In this document: positions 1-9,253 of the stretch, piece after piece
Numbering within the stretch: position 1 is the stretch's first letter
Layout of the letters: each line of letters begins with the position of its first letter
Source: a virus
Virus record (IMG/VR): IMGVR_UViG_3300013006_000018
Strand: one strand, 5' to 3'
Length of the DNA: 64,000 nt
Position numbers and translations under genes: made by a program
The notes under the pieces: model-generated
What the model saw: the letters and a program-made list of their open reading frames with translations, nothing else
What the model was told of the DNA's origin: nothing
The model's database searches: none

Positions 1-828
1 AGAATTTGTAATTAATTTTTTTAGAGCTAATGCTTTGCTGAATGTATCGAAGGTATAAAAGAAGATTTTTTTTCTTAAAAAGGTTGCTCTATCAATACAT
101 ACTTGCTTGTTTTCGTTATTAAGGATTGAAATATAATTAGCAAACTTACTCTTATAGGTGTGTAGTGCGAGTATGCCGCTATCTATCCCGCTTGACACCC
201 CAATACAGAATTTTTGAGATGGCACACGCTTGTTGATGGCTCTAGTTAAAGCTTTATTAAATGACTGTAGGTTGCCCTTCTTTTGCTGGGTGCAAAATTT
301 ATGAATATCTTTCTTAATAGTGAGCGTCCGACTTTTTATGTCGTATCTGTATAGGGTGTTCGGGAGTACACTCTTTGCATTTCCCGTAACCCCTAAGAGC
401 CCGCTTCGAAGTGATGAAACCAATAGCTTACTACCATCTGTCGAGTAATAGAGCGGCTTGGTACCAAAGATATCCTTAAAAAAATATACTGTACCAATGC
501 TCTTATCATATATTAACATGGCATACTCACCGTCCAATACGCTATGTATATTGTGTATGTTTTTATAGAATGTCGGTATGGATAAAGTATCGTTTTTAAA
601 GGTTCTAGGGTAATTGTATATTTCACCATTAAACAGTATGACTAGATTGTCCTTCTCAAGCGGTTGTACGGTCTTAGAACCTGTTATATGCAGTAGATTA
701 TGTGCGGCACAGTATGTATCTGCTTGAATATAATTTGTATTGTCGGGGCCCCTTTTCCCGAGAAAGGTATTGTTTCTTTTAAATAGTATTATATTCTTAG
801 GGTCAGTTGAAAACGAAAAACTGCACAT
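1..828 (-). CDS. Asparagine synthetase B-like glutamine amidotransferase (N-terminal part; runs off left edge)
   Basis: Not in ORF track. Manual translation from ATG at 828 gives MCSFSF...KRGPD...HNLLHITG...QP...FNGEIYNY...LDGEYA...KDIFGTKPLYY...GVSSGIDSG: Ntn Cys2, RGPD, NGEIYN and the SxGxDS PP-loop of AsnB. Confidence 0.85.
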   Translation of the reverse strand, partial: MCSFSFSTDPKNIILFKRNNTFLGKRGPDNTNYIQADTYCAAHNLLHITGSKTVQPLEKDNLVILFNGEIYNYPRTFKNDTLSIPTFYKNIHNIHSVLDGEYAMLIYDKSIGTVYFFKDIFGTKPLYYSTDGSKLLVSSLRSGLLGVTGNAKSVLPNTLYRYDIKSRTLTIKKDIHKFCTQQKKGNLQSFNKALTRAINKRVPSQKFCIGVSSGIDSGILALHTYKSKFANYISILNNENKQVCIDRATFLRKKIFFYTFDTFSKALALKKLITNS

Positions 829-842
829 AATATTATATTATA

Positions 843-1601
843 ATGTTCAATGATTTTTTATACGACGAAGTCGTCAATAGCTTTATAGTAAACTATAGGA
901 ATATAGATGCAAATAATAAGTTCTGTCGAGGCAATATAATTGGACTGAATGTAAATGCCTTAGGAAATATCCTTTCCAAGAAATTTTATTTTTCTACATC
1001 CTTTGTCTTAAACAAAGATCAAATTTTAAAATTTTTACCTACAGAGGAAGATTTAATTGATGTTTATAAATTTACTGACTTTTCTGATAATGCTTTGTGT
1101 AGGAGAGGGGTTACTTTTGCTATTAAAAAGACGGGTAAGGAGTTGGTAAGACAGTTCCACTTCAAGGTATCACCCCAACACTACCAACAACCGGCTTTTA
1201 ATAAATACAAAACAGTATTTCTACCGAAAGATATTTTCGATGGGTCAGAGGTATATGGTATTTCATATGAATATAAAGGCTCGTCGAAACATCAGAAAAA
1301 TTACGTCTACTTTAAGAATAATAAAGCAAAGGAATATTTTAGTAACGCTTTAAACTCTATCATTAACTGCGATACGATAGAGTTTACTCAATCTGCAAAT
1401 AGTCAAAAAATTATATTGTTAAATTCAAGTCAAAAAGGGTATGAAAGATATTTTCCAAAACTTTCCAGTAATTTAGTTTATAAGAATTTTGGCTTGTATC
1501 TTAAAGAAGAGCAGTATTCAGGTTATATATATCCCAAAGATTATATTCAGTTAGAACAGACAGGCGAAATTGACACACTATCGGTATTAAATGAAGAATA
1601 A
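843..1601 (+). CDS. Hypothetical protein
   Basis: 252-aa ORF divergent from the AsnB-like gene and overlapping the next gene; no motif recognised. Confidence 0.6.
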   Translation: MFNDFLYDEVVNSFIVNYRNIDANNKFCRGNIIGLNVNALGNILSKKFYFSTSFVLNKDQILKFLPTEEDLIDVYKFTDFSDNALCRRGVTFAIKKTGKELVRQFHFKVSPQHYQQPAFNKYKTVFLPKDIFDGSEVYGISYEYKGSSKHQKNYVYFKNNKAKEYFSNALNSIINCDTIEFTQSANSQKIILLNSSQKGYERYFPKLSSNLVYKNFGLYLKEEQYSGYIYPKDYIQLEQTGEIDTLSVLNEE

Positions 1602-2364
1602 CACACATCTTGCTAATATTAAAAGTTACTATAATCGATCTACACAAGCTTGGATAGATTCCTACAGAAGAACACAGTCATATCGCTTCCATCAATTCCT
1701 AGAAGAGCACGATAATATATTAAAATCTAAAATCTTTAAACAAGGCACCGTTTATTTGGATGCGGGATGTGGAGATTTTTCATTTTCAATTAAAATGGCA
1801 AAGCAGAATAAAAAATTACAAATGCATGGGGTAACTATTAGTGATGTACAGATTAAATTAGCTAAATCAAAGTGCCCGAGCAATAGTTTTATTAGTCTAC
1901 AGAATTTTGAACAAATGAATTTTCCGGATAATACTTTTGACGGTTGTTATTTTTTAGAAAGTTTCTCTCATTCCCACAATAAAGATAAAGTTTGTAAGGA
2001 AATAAGAAGAGTAGTAAAGCCGGGTGGTCGTCTGTATGTTTTAGATTTGAATATTAAAGATAAAGTCCGAAAAGATAAAACATACTGGGGTTGGTATAAC
2101 ATTTTTTACTACCTGCCGATAAGCTACCATCAAAGCTTAAAACTATTTAAACGTTACTTTACAATTCAAGGGTCTTCTACAAATTTAAGAAACTATAGAA
2201 AGGATTTATACCAAAAATTAAGACCAACTGTCAATTTCAACAATTGTGAATGCACATATACCGATAATAAGAGCATAACGGACTATGGCATACATCATAG
2301 TAACCAATCAAAATTCAACTTGCCTGTGGTTTGGTCTGAATTTATCATGGTAAATAATAAATGA
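1591..2364 (+). CDS. Class I SAM-dependent methyltransferase (small-molecule type)
   Basis: Motif I VYLDAGCG, GVTISDVQ, FPDNTFDGCYFLESFSH, RVVKPGGRLYV. Confidence 0.85.
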   Translation: MKNNTHLANIKSYYNRSTQAWIDSYRRTQSYRFHQFLEEHDNILKSKIFKQGTVYLDAGCGDFSFSIKMAKQNKKLQMHGVTISDVQIKLAKSKCPSNSFISLQNFEQMNFPDNTFDGCYFLESFSHSHNKDKVCKEIRRVVKPGGRLYVLDLNIKDKVRKDKTYWGWYNIFYYLPISYHQSLKLFKRYFTIQGSSTNLRNYRKDLYQKLRPTVNFNNCECTYTDNKSITDYGIHHSNQSKFNLPVVWSEFIMVNNK

Positions 2365-3317
2365 TATACTTTCCGACAGAGAATATACTACCGAATTATA
2401 AAGATTACCCTACACTCTACAACCACTACAGTACTTTTAAAGGAAAAGATGTATACTCGTCATACGTGTATTGGATACTCAAAAACAACAATATAGACAA
2501 CATAGAGTTAGTAGGTAGTTTAGATAAAACTACAGAGGGCGACTTAATCTTTTTTCATTTCGATAATCTCAAAGCTTTTAATTTTAATACTTCTGCCAAG
2601 AAAGTGCAGTTTATTTCTGATAGACCATTAGTTAGTGGATGTTCTAAGTATTTGTCATCAGATATAACTGTATGTAATGAATACCCAGGGTTCGCGGGCG
2701 AGTTGCCGCCGTCCTTTATTATAGATAAAAGATATTCTGTAGAAATAAATTTCTTTCCTGAACCTTTACCCTGCAATCTAAGAAAATGTAAAGTACAATA
2801 CCCACCCAAGAAAGCTGTCTGCATGGGGTTGTATGATAATATCGATAAAGAACTATTAAAACTCGTTGAAGAGAAGAAGGATCTATTATTACTATATAAA
2901 AATACACGTAAACTGAGCAAAGACAAATTTAATATTCTCAATAGTATTAGTTTCGAGCTTTATAATGAATCTAATGCCAATAAGGGCGATGAAGATATCT
3001 TCTTTTTTATACGAAACAGGGAAAGCGGGTATAACTATGCGGGGTATAAGCACCCAAATAGACTTTTTATATCATTTCACTGTAACGTACCAGGTTTTTA
3101 TTATGGGGAGACTGTATTGAGAGCTAACCGTAAATCACGATTTGATTATACAGAGATAAGTGATGTATATGATTTTCTCGATAAACTCTTAGTATATTGT
3201 ACAGACGAAGAAGTGTTTTTAAGTATCTTAAAGCAAAATAAATTAAGAGAAAACGATAATACTGAAGCGATTTTAGTCGCTAGATTCAACCAAGTTATCC
3301 AACAATTAAAAAGCTAG
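2361..3317 (+). CDS. Hypothetical protein, possibly glycosyltransferase-related
   Basis: 318-aa ORF coupled to the MTase; C-terminal KHPNRLFISFHCNVPG weakly resembles GT-B C-terminal motifs. Confidence 0.35.
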   Translation: MIYFPTENILPNYKDYPTLYNHYSTFKGKDVYSSYVYWILKNNNIDNIELVGSLDKTTEGDLIFFHFDNLKAFNFNTSAKKVQFISDRPLVSGCSKYLSSDITVCNEYPGFAGELPPSFIIDKRYSVEINFFPEPLPCNLRKCKVQYPPKKAVCMGLYDNIDKELLKLVEEKKDLLLLYKNTRKLSKDKFNILNSISFELYNESNANKGDEDIFFFIRNRESGYNYAGYKHPNRLFISFHCNVPGFYYGETVLRANRKSRFDYTEISDVYDFLDKLLVYCTDEEVFLSILKQNKLRENDNTEAILVARFNQVIQQLKS

Positions 3318-4557
3318 AGAGTTGTTCCAGTACTTCTTCTTTAGAGACAGGTGTGGGCCACTGTTTTATTGCTTCGAACACCACCGTATCTGAATCATCT
3401 TTCAAGCAAATGGTCTCGTCTTCTATTGTTGCTGAATACCCTGTGATAGTATCAACTAGTTTACCTGACTCTTCCCTTTCAAAAATTAAATGGTTTATAG
3501 CATACGCATTTGTATTAATATAGATGTTAAATGGCTCAAAGTTGACCTGTTGTGCAATACAATCTTTTGTCGGTATAGATAAAATCTCTATTGTATCGGT
3601 GTTGATCTTTATGCCTACTATTTTGACTTCGACCTCACTACTAGCCTTATTAATGATATTATATTTGTAGAATGTAGCTATAGAATTAATGAGGCTGTTA
3701 TAGTAAGTAAGGAAGGCTTCTTTGTTGTATATAATACTGCCTTTATAGTTCGAAATGTTATTTACTATTGTATCGTCTGTGAGGATCCATTCAGGAGCAG
3801 GTAAGAGACTCTTAGGCCAACTACATAACATATCTAAAGGTATCAGATAATTCTTGATATCGATTTCATCATACTCTTTTTTTGCTGTATCTTCAAGTTC
3901 TGCTAATGTTTTTAAAGACTCAGCTGAGAATGGACAACCTTTAATGACTCTTTTCTGTAAGACCTTCTTCTCTTGATCGAATTCAGAGAAAAGATATTTA
4001 AAATGCTTGGTTATTTCTTTATTGTAGTTAAGGAATGCTGATTTTAACGCAGACTTTTTAGGTGACAAAGCTTCAATAGTAGTTATTTTTAGTATATCAC
4101 AACCAGGTTTTACTTTTTCAAGAAAAACGACTTTGGGTGTCAGGATTGTAGAGTCTTTATCCGACACAATATTATATTTCTTAAGATCTAATATTGTCCT
4201 CTTTTGAATTTTCTGGAAAGGAAAGTTTTTAATATGTGACTCATACTTTTCATTAAAGAGAAAGGCAGGAGAAAACTCAAACGGCAGTTCAGGAATTGAA
4301 ATACAATCGAACTTTGTGAGGTTAACAGTCGTTTTCTTACCTAACCTACAATCAAACGTTTCAAATTCTGTTTCTAAGCTTGTATTGAAACATAAATCCC
4401 GTGTTTCAACATCCGGGTACATACTCTTAATGGTTTTAATATTATTTGTAAAGAACGACCAAAACAAAAAGTTATCATCCTGATCATAGACACACTTGAT
4501 AATGACTTTTTCTAAAATCCTAGTATAGACTGTATCTAAAGAAGTCTTAGGGTCCAT
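3295..4557 (-). CDS. Hypothetical protein
   Basis: 420-aa ORF downstream of the tail-fibre genes. Confidence 0.6.
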   Translation of the reverse strand: MDPKTSLDTVYTRILEKVIIKCVYDQDDNFLFWSFFTNNIKTIKSMYPDVETRDLCFNTSLETEFETFDCRLGKKTTVNLTKFDCISIPELPFEFSPAFLFNEKYESHIKNFPFQKIQKRTILDLKKYNIVSDKDSTILTPKVVFLEKVKPGCDILKITTIEALSPKKSALKSAFLNYNKEITKHFKYLFSEFDQEKKVLQKRVIKGCPFSAESLKTLAELEDTAKKEYDEIDIKNYLIPLDMLCSWPKSLLPAPEWILTDDTIVNNISNYKGSIIYNKEAFLTYYNSLINSIATFYKYNIINKASSEVEVKIVGIKINTDTIEILSIPTKDCIAQQVNFEPFNIYINTNAYAINHLIFEREESGKLVDTITGYSATIEDETICLKDDSDTVVFEAIKQWPTPVSKEEVLEQLSSFLIVG

Positions 4558-4593
4558 AATATTATATATTCAATGAACCAGGCGTTTTCAACG

Positions 4594-5130
4594 TCAAGGA
4601 TAGCTGATTGTTCTGCCAATTTCTAGATTTGTACCACAGTTTTGGGAGTCTCTTACATAAAAAGTGTTGTTACCTCTTGTTACATTAAAGACAGCCTGGG
4701 CACTAGCATCCGTTACATACCATGTACCGCCAAAGTAGATAGTATAAGGCGCACCTGCATCACTACCACTGCATGTTATGCGTATTTGACCTGCATTACC
4801 TGGATTATCACCTGTAAAAATTACGGTACCTGCGAGGGTAGGTAGATTATTATATGCTGCGTAAAATTCACTGAAACGAGTAGGGCGCCATCTTACACCA
4901 GGGCCTGTATATGTCCATGAGACCGCTGCAGTACCTGCAGGCCGGGGGGTATTACTCATCTCTACTTGATTAGGCATGCAAACACCTGCTGATGCAGCAT
5001 TAGCAGAGTTTCCCCCACCTCCCATATACTGTAGTTCTCTTTGATCTAGAGATGTCGGTATTGTACCTAAGCTCTTAAGGGTGTTTATCTGGGAAACTGA
5101 TAGAGCGCCGGAGGATTGCAGTCTGGCCAT
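4594..5130 (-). CDS. Small tail-fibre tip/associated protein
   Basis: N-terminus MARLQSSGALSVSQIN matches the common phage 'LQSSGAISLSxI' fibre-tip module; lies directly after an S74-chaperone fibre. Confidence 0.55.
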   Translation of the reverse strand: MARLQSSGALSVSQINTLKSLGTIPTSLDQRELQYMGGGGNSANAASAGVCMPNQVEMSNTPRPAGTAAVSWTYTGPGVRWRPTRFSEFYAAYNNLPTLAGTVIFTGDNPGNAGQIRITCSGSDAGAPYTIYFGGTWYVTDASAQAVFNVTRGNNTFYVRDSQNCGTNLEIGRTISYP

Positions 5131-5138
5131 ACAATACT

Positions 5139-6926
5139 TTAATGCTTGCTGCTACAGCTGCAAGATCTTTTTCCTGCCAATTCCTTAATCGCTTCTATTA
5201 ATAATGGAACAATTTTTTCATACTGTACGGTCAAGTAATTTTCTTTAGATATACTGTTATTATCCTTATCTAGATCAAACGGTGCAGGCACAACAGCTTC
5301 AGGTAGTACTTTTTGTATCTCTTGGGCGATAACACCGACCCTTTGCTTATCATCAAAACCGAGATCGATTGCTTTTTTATTGTGTTTATAGATAATACCT
5401 GAAAGAGTTAGTACCTTTTCCAAAGCACCGGGGATAACGCCTGTGATGTCCTTTAATCTTTCATCAGAAGTAAAGGCTGTTATGTCTCCTGTACAGAGAG
5501 TTGCACCATTAATCTGTAGGGTACCAGAACCTGGCTGCAGTGTTAGTGCACCGTTAGGGTTAATTGTAGTTGTCGAGCCTCGTATTAAGACTGTTCCTGT
5601 TGGTTGTATTTCAACATTGCTTGTGGGGTTGATATAAACAGGCCCCGCCTTGCCTACATATGTATTGTTACTATCAATCTGAATATTACCCCCGGAAGCT
5701 CTCATAATAATACCGCCAGCTCCTGCAGATAATCCCATAAAGGCATTTATACCTGTACGTACTACGAAATTATTATCATCCCCACCAGGCCTAGGGGCAA
5801 AGCTTACAGCACCTGAGACAGAGAAATTAGCGTTGTATTGTGATGCCTTAGTAGCCCAACTTTCAGTACCGATACCAACAAACGGACCGTCCGCTATAGT
5901 GAGAACCGTATTGAGTCCGGCGGGATGTATGTTATTATCACCATCGAATCTAGCTATACCTTGTTGCGAGGTATCTTTCTGCCAAACAACAAGGGCGGGT
6001 GAGTTTTTGTTAGTATTAACAACAGATAAAGCACTTGTGGTAGAGATTACTGTTTCGAGATATGTTAAGTCCCCGTAGACTGATAAATTACCTGTAATAG
6101 TAGCATTTGCATCACAGAAGATATTGTTTCTAAATAATGCTAACCCGGTAAAATCTAGATCAGGTGATGATGTGTCACCGTTAGCGGGGGGTGTAAAGAG
6201 TAAATTATTATTGCTGTCCAGTGTTATTAGAGTTGTATTGTTCCTCTTTAAGAGTAAGGCGTCTTTTGCAAGAATATTAAAATTACCACTAACAGCCTCG
6301 ATTGTATTTTGATTGGCACGTATTTGAATTTGATTAGGGTTAGGGACGTTACCATTAATATACATTTTATCATCAATATTAACGCGTGCTTCAAGACTGT
6401 TCTTTACATATCTATTTCTCGCATCACCAAAGTAAAAGCTTTGATATAGTGAACATAAAGACCAATAGGTGGTGTCGAGATTTATCTTTCCGTATGTTTG
6501 TTGAATTGAATTCGGTAATCCGGTATCTGTATATTCAAGGTTAAACCCATCGCCAATTAATTCTCTTGAAACTCTCCATAACCCACCGATTGCTTCGGGG
6601 TTTTCTATTGAGTTAGGGTAGGGTAGCGGGCCTGCTGCATCCCAAGATAGCCCATTATAGCTAAATAAATTACCTTGCTTGGTGTCATAGATTAAATCAC
6701 CTATAAACGCGAGCGACGTGAATAAATTCTTATTGCTAGTTCTGCCTAAGAACAAGTTGCTCACTGTACGACCACCTTGCGATACACCGTCCCCTACAAA
6801 AAGCCTTTGTGTATCTACAGTATACCCAAGTTCTCCTTCAGAAAGAATAGTAGTAATTCTATCTGAATTCTGGCCTCTTCTAACAAGAATTTTTACTAAA
6901 GTATCAGATGTGATTTCTATAGCCAT
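5139..6926 (-). CDS. Tail fibre with Mtd_N-like N-terminus and C-terminal peptidase S74 intramolecular chaperone
   Basis: KILVRRG...LSEGELGYTVDTQRLFVGDG at the N-terminus; TSDERLK...GVIAQEIQKVLPEAV...YLTVQYEKIVPLLIEAIKEL at the C-terminus. Confidence 0.85.
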   Translation of the reverse strand: MAIEITSDTLVKILVRRGQNSDRITTILSEGELGYTVDTQRLFVGDGVSQGGRTVSNLFLGRTSNKNLFTSLAFIGDLIYDTKQGNLFSYNGLSWDAAGPLPYPNSIENPEAIGGLWRVSRELIGDGFNLEYTDTGLPNSIQQTYGKINLDTTYWSLCSLYQSFYFGDARNRYVKNSLEARVNIDDKMYINGNVPNPNQIQIRANQNTIEAVSGNFNILAKDALLLKRNNTTLITLDSNNNLLFTPPANGDTSSPDLDFTGLALFRNNIFCDANATITGNLSVYGDLTYLETVISTTSALSVVNTNKNSPALVVWQKDTSQQGIARFDGDNNIHPAGLNTVLTIADGPFVGIGTESWATKASQYNANFSVSGAVSFAPRPGGDDNNFVVRTGINAFMGLSAGAGGIIMRASGGNIQIDSNNTYVGKAGPVYINPTSNVEIQPTGTVLIRGSTTTINPNGALTLQPGSGTLQINGATLCTGDITAFTSDERLKDITGVIPGALEKVLTLSGIIYKHNKKAIDLGFDDKQRVGVIAQEIQKVLPEAVVPAPFDLDKDNNSISKENYLTVQYEKIVPLLIEAIKELAGKRSCSCSSKH

Positions 6927-6927
6927 A

Positions 6928-7608
6928 TTATGAGATCATTAAATTGCTTCCGCTTTTCCAGAGTTTGCCTGGAGTGGCGGGCGCTACAGTTGGTAGATTA
7001 TCGATACCAAAACCTGTGCCGTTAATGTTTTGATTTGTAGTTATAAGACTAGAGATGTTGATGACGGAAGGGTTTACAAACAGCTGGTTACTCGCATTTA
7101 TTTTTATAGTAGAATTGTCGTGATTTATTGAAAGGGGCGCTGTAGCGCCTGATCTGTATAACCCTGTAGTAGCTCCTGAATAAACTGAAGAATGAAGATT
7201 AATGGCACTGATTGAATTTGTAGTAACAGTGAGCTTACCTTGAGGGCTGAACGTTATAGAACTATCATCAGTTCTTGGACCTATATACATGTATGCAGAT
7301 CTACTACTGTAAAGCGGGAAGTTATTAGCATCTACACCAGTAAGAGCATATAGTTTACTATCACCGGTATTGAATATTAAGTCGTTAAGTTGTGCGAATT
7401 TAAAAACACTGATGGTAGTATCTAGATTACCTTGATAGAGTTTAGTGGAAACCGAACTACCTCCTGCGGTAGACCCATCACCAACGAACAGACGACGTGA
7501 CTGTACATCTGTAGTAAAACCGAGCTCACCGTTGTCTAAGATAACTAGCTTTCTTTCCGCATCTGTACCGCGTCTTATTTTGATTTTAGCTATAGTTACG
7601 GTTGCCAT
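6928..7608 (-). CDS. Short tail-fibre protein with Mtd_N-like domain
   Basis: KIKIRRGT...LDNGELGFTTD...RLFVGDG; paralogous to the N-terminus of the neighbouring fibre. Confidence 0.7.
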   Translation of the reverse strand: MATVTIAKIKIRRGTDAERKLVILDNGELGFTTDVQSRRLFVGDGSTAGGSSVSTKLYQGNLDTTISVFKFAQLNDLIFNTGDSKLYALTGVDANNFPLYSSRSAYMYIGPRTDDSSITFSPQGKLTVTTNSISAINLHSSVYSGATTGLYRSGATAPLSINHDNSTIKINASNQLFVNPSVINISSLITTNQNINGTGFGIDNLPTVAPATPGKLWKSGSNLMIS

Positions 7609-7648
7609 TGAGAATATTTATTAAAAAAATTTAAATTCCAAAGTTATT

Positions 7649-9253
7649 TTAACCTATTCTGACTATATCACTATCTAAAGGACCGTAACTAACATCATCT
7701 TTTAGAATATTTAACATACTTTCTTGGTCGTTGTATATCTTTTCTAAGCTTCTGTTAACTATGTTATTTTGTAAGATTTCATTTATACCGATAAAGTATG
7801 TTATATCTTGCTCAAACGATATTGAGCTATACTCTTCAGGTAGTAGGTAACGCGCGCCGTTGAATACAAGATTGTTGTAATTATCTTTACTGGCTACAAA
7901 TTTACCTTTAATTTGATCACGTAATCTCATATTAACAATACAAAATTTTGAAAGTGCTTTGTTAAGGACCCAGTTTTGAAGATACTCTTCTTTGTCAATT
8001 TTTATTTCATCAAAGCTATAAACGTCAAAGTCATTTACCGATAAAACGTCGTATAAATTAATACTATCATAGACTAGAGCGATTTTTCCAACGTTATTAT
8101 ACCAGAGAAATATAAAGACTTGTTCCCTACCATTAACATTAATCGATTCCGCACTCTTAATGACTTGATTACTATCAACTTTAACACGGTAAAATAGATA
8201 CTTGCCGATATTTATATTAGGTTTCGATACAAACCGCTTGTATATATTTTTTGAAGTTACTATATAGAAGATATTGCTGTTTGTCTTAGAGAAAAATATG
8301 TTACGTAAGACTTCGCCTGCTTGTGTATTGATTGTTACTTCTTCTTTTACTTGAAAGTTATTAGAATATACAAATATTTTTTTATCGTTTGTTAAGACAT
8401 AAATTTTGCCTGCATTATCGCAGCTTATATTCATAGGATATGAAGACAGAAAATCAGTAAACAATCTGTAGGATGTTATCCAATTTAAGTTAGAATCATA
8501 TTTTTTAATTGTTTTATTTCCAGAATCTAAAACATACACGTTATCATTAAAAATGGTTATACCTTCTGGTGAGTTAAATTCCGTTTTATCTCTTGTAGAG
8601 CCATATCCACCTATGCTCTTAATAAAGATAGGTATATTTTTATAGATGTTATCGTCTGTTAAAAACCCAGCTACATCATACTTGAATAAATAATTTAACC
8701 CTTTATCAAGTACAAACATGTTATTGAGAGAATTAAATGATATGGCTACGATATTATTAAATAGTACTCCGGAATCACTATAACTTGCATCAGATTGAAA
8801 AGTTAAGCTACCAAAAGTATTATAAAAATTCGAAATAATTGTTGAAATAGAACCGGAATTACTCAAAAATATTGTATATTCATCTTTATTTTTATTAGTT
8901 TGAACTGAAATGATAGTAGTGTTGTCTATATTATTATAACCTCTACCTGAAAATGAATAAAATTCACTGGCGCTTAACCCACGCTTCCATGTTAAGTTAG
9001 TATCTATAGTTGAAGATAGACCAAAAGTTGCAGTAGCTGAGATAGGTATTATGTTTGAAGCAATTTTACTGTACTTGTAAAGATATAATGTATTTTCATA
9101 GAGTTTTAATAATTTAGAATTTATTATATCACTAGTAGCGATTTCGTTGGGCTGAATCTTAATATCTTCAAAAGAATAAGGTAGTTCTATAGAATCACCC
9201 AGATATCTGTCATACAGCAAGCCACGAGATTCAAAAATATTACTAATATTCAT
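7649..9253 (-). CDS. Virion structural protein with NHL-type beta-propeller
   Basis: FNSPEGITIFNDNVYVLDSGNKTIKKYD and similar NHL-like blades. Confidence 0.6.
   Translation of the reverse strand: MNISNIFESRGLLYDRYLGDSIELPYSFEDIKIQPNEIATSDIINSKLLKLYENTLYLYKYSKIASNIIPISATATFGLSSTIDTNLTWKRGLSASEFYSFSGRGYNNIDNTTIISVQTNKNKDEYTIFLSNSGSISTIISNFYNTFGSLTFQSDASYSDSGVLFNNIVAISFNSLNNMFVLDKGLNYLFKYDVAGFLTDDNIYKNIPIFIKSIGGYGSTRDKTEFNSPEGITIFNDNVYVLDSGNKTIKKYDSNLNWITSYRLFTDFLSSYPMNISCDNAGKIYVLTNDKKIFVYSNNFQVKEEVTINTQAGEVLRNIFFSKTNSNIFYIVTSKNIYKRFVSKPNINIGKYLFYRVKVDSNQVIKSAESINVNGREQVFIFLWYNNVGKIALVYDSINLYDVLSVNDFDVYSFDEIKIDKEEYLQNWVLNKALSKFCIVNMRLRDQIKGKFVASKDNYNNLVFNGARYLLPEEYSSISFEQDITYFIGINEILQNNIVNRSLEKIYNDQESMLNILKDDVSYGPLDSDIVRIG

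Noticed and set aside
5139-7608. Diversity-generating retroelement suggested by Mtd_N-like domains
   Set aside because: No reverse transcriptase and no template/variable repeat pair with adenine-specific mismatches in the window; this N-terminal domain is common in ordinary fibres.
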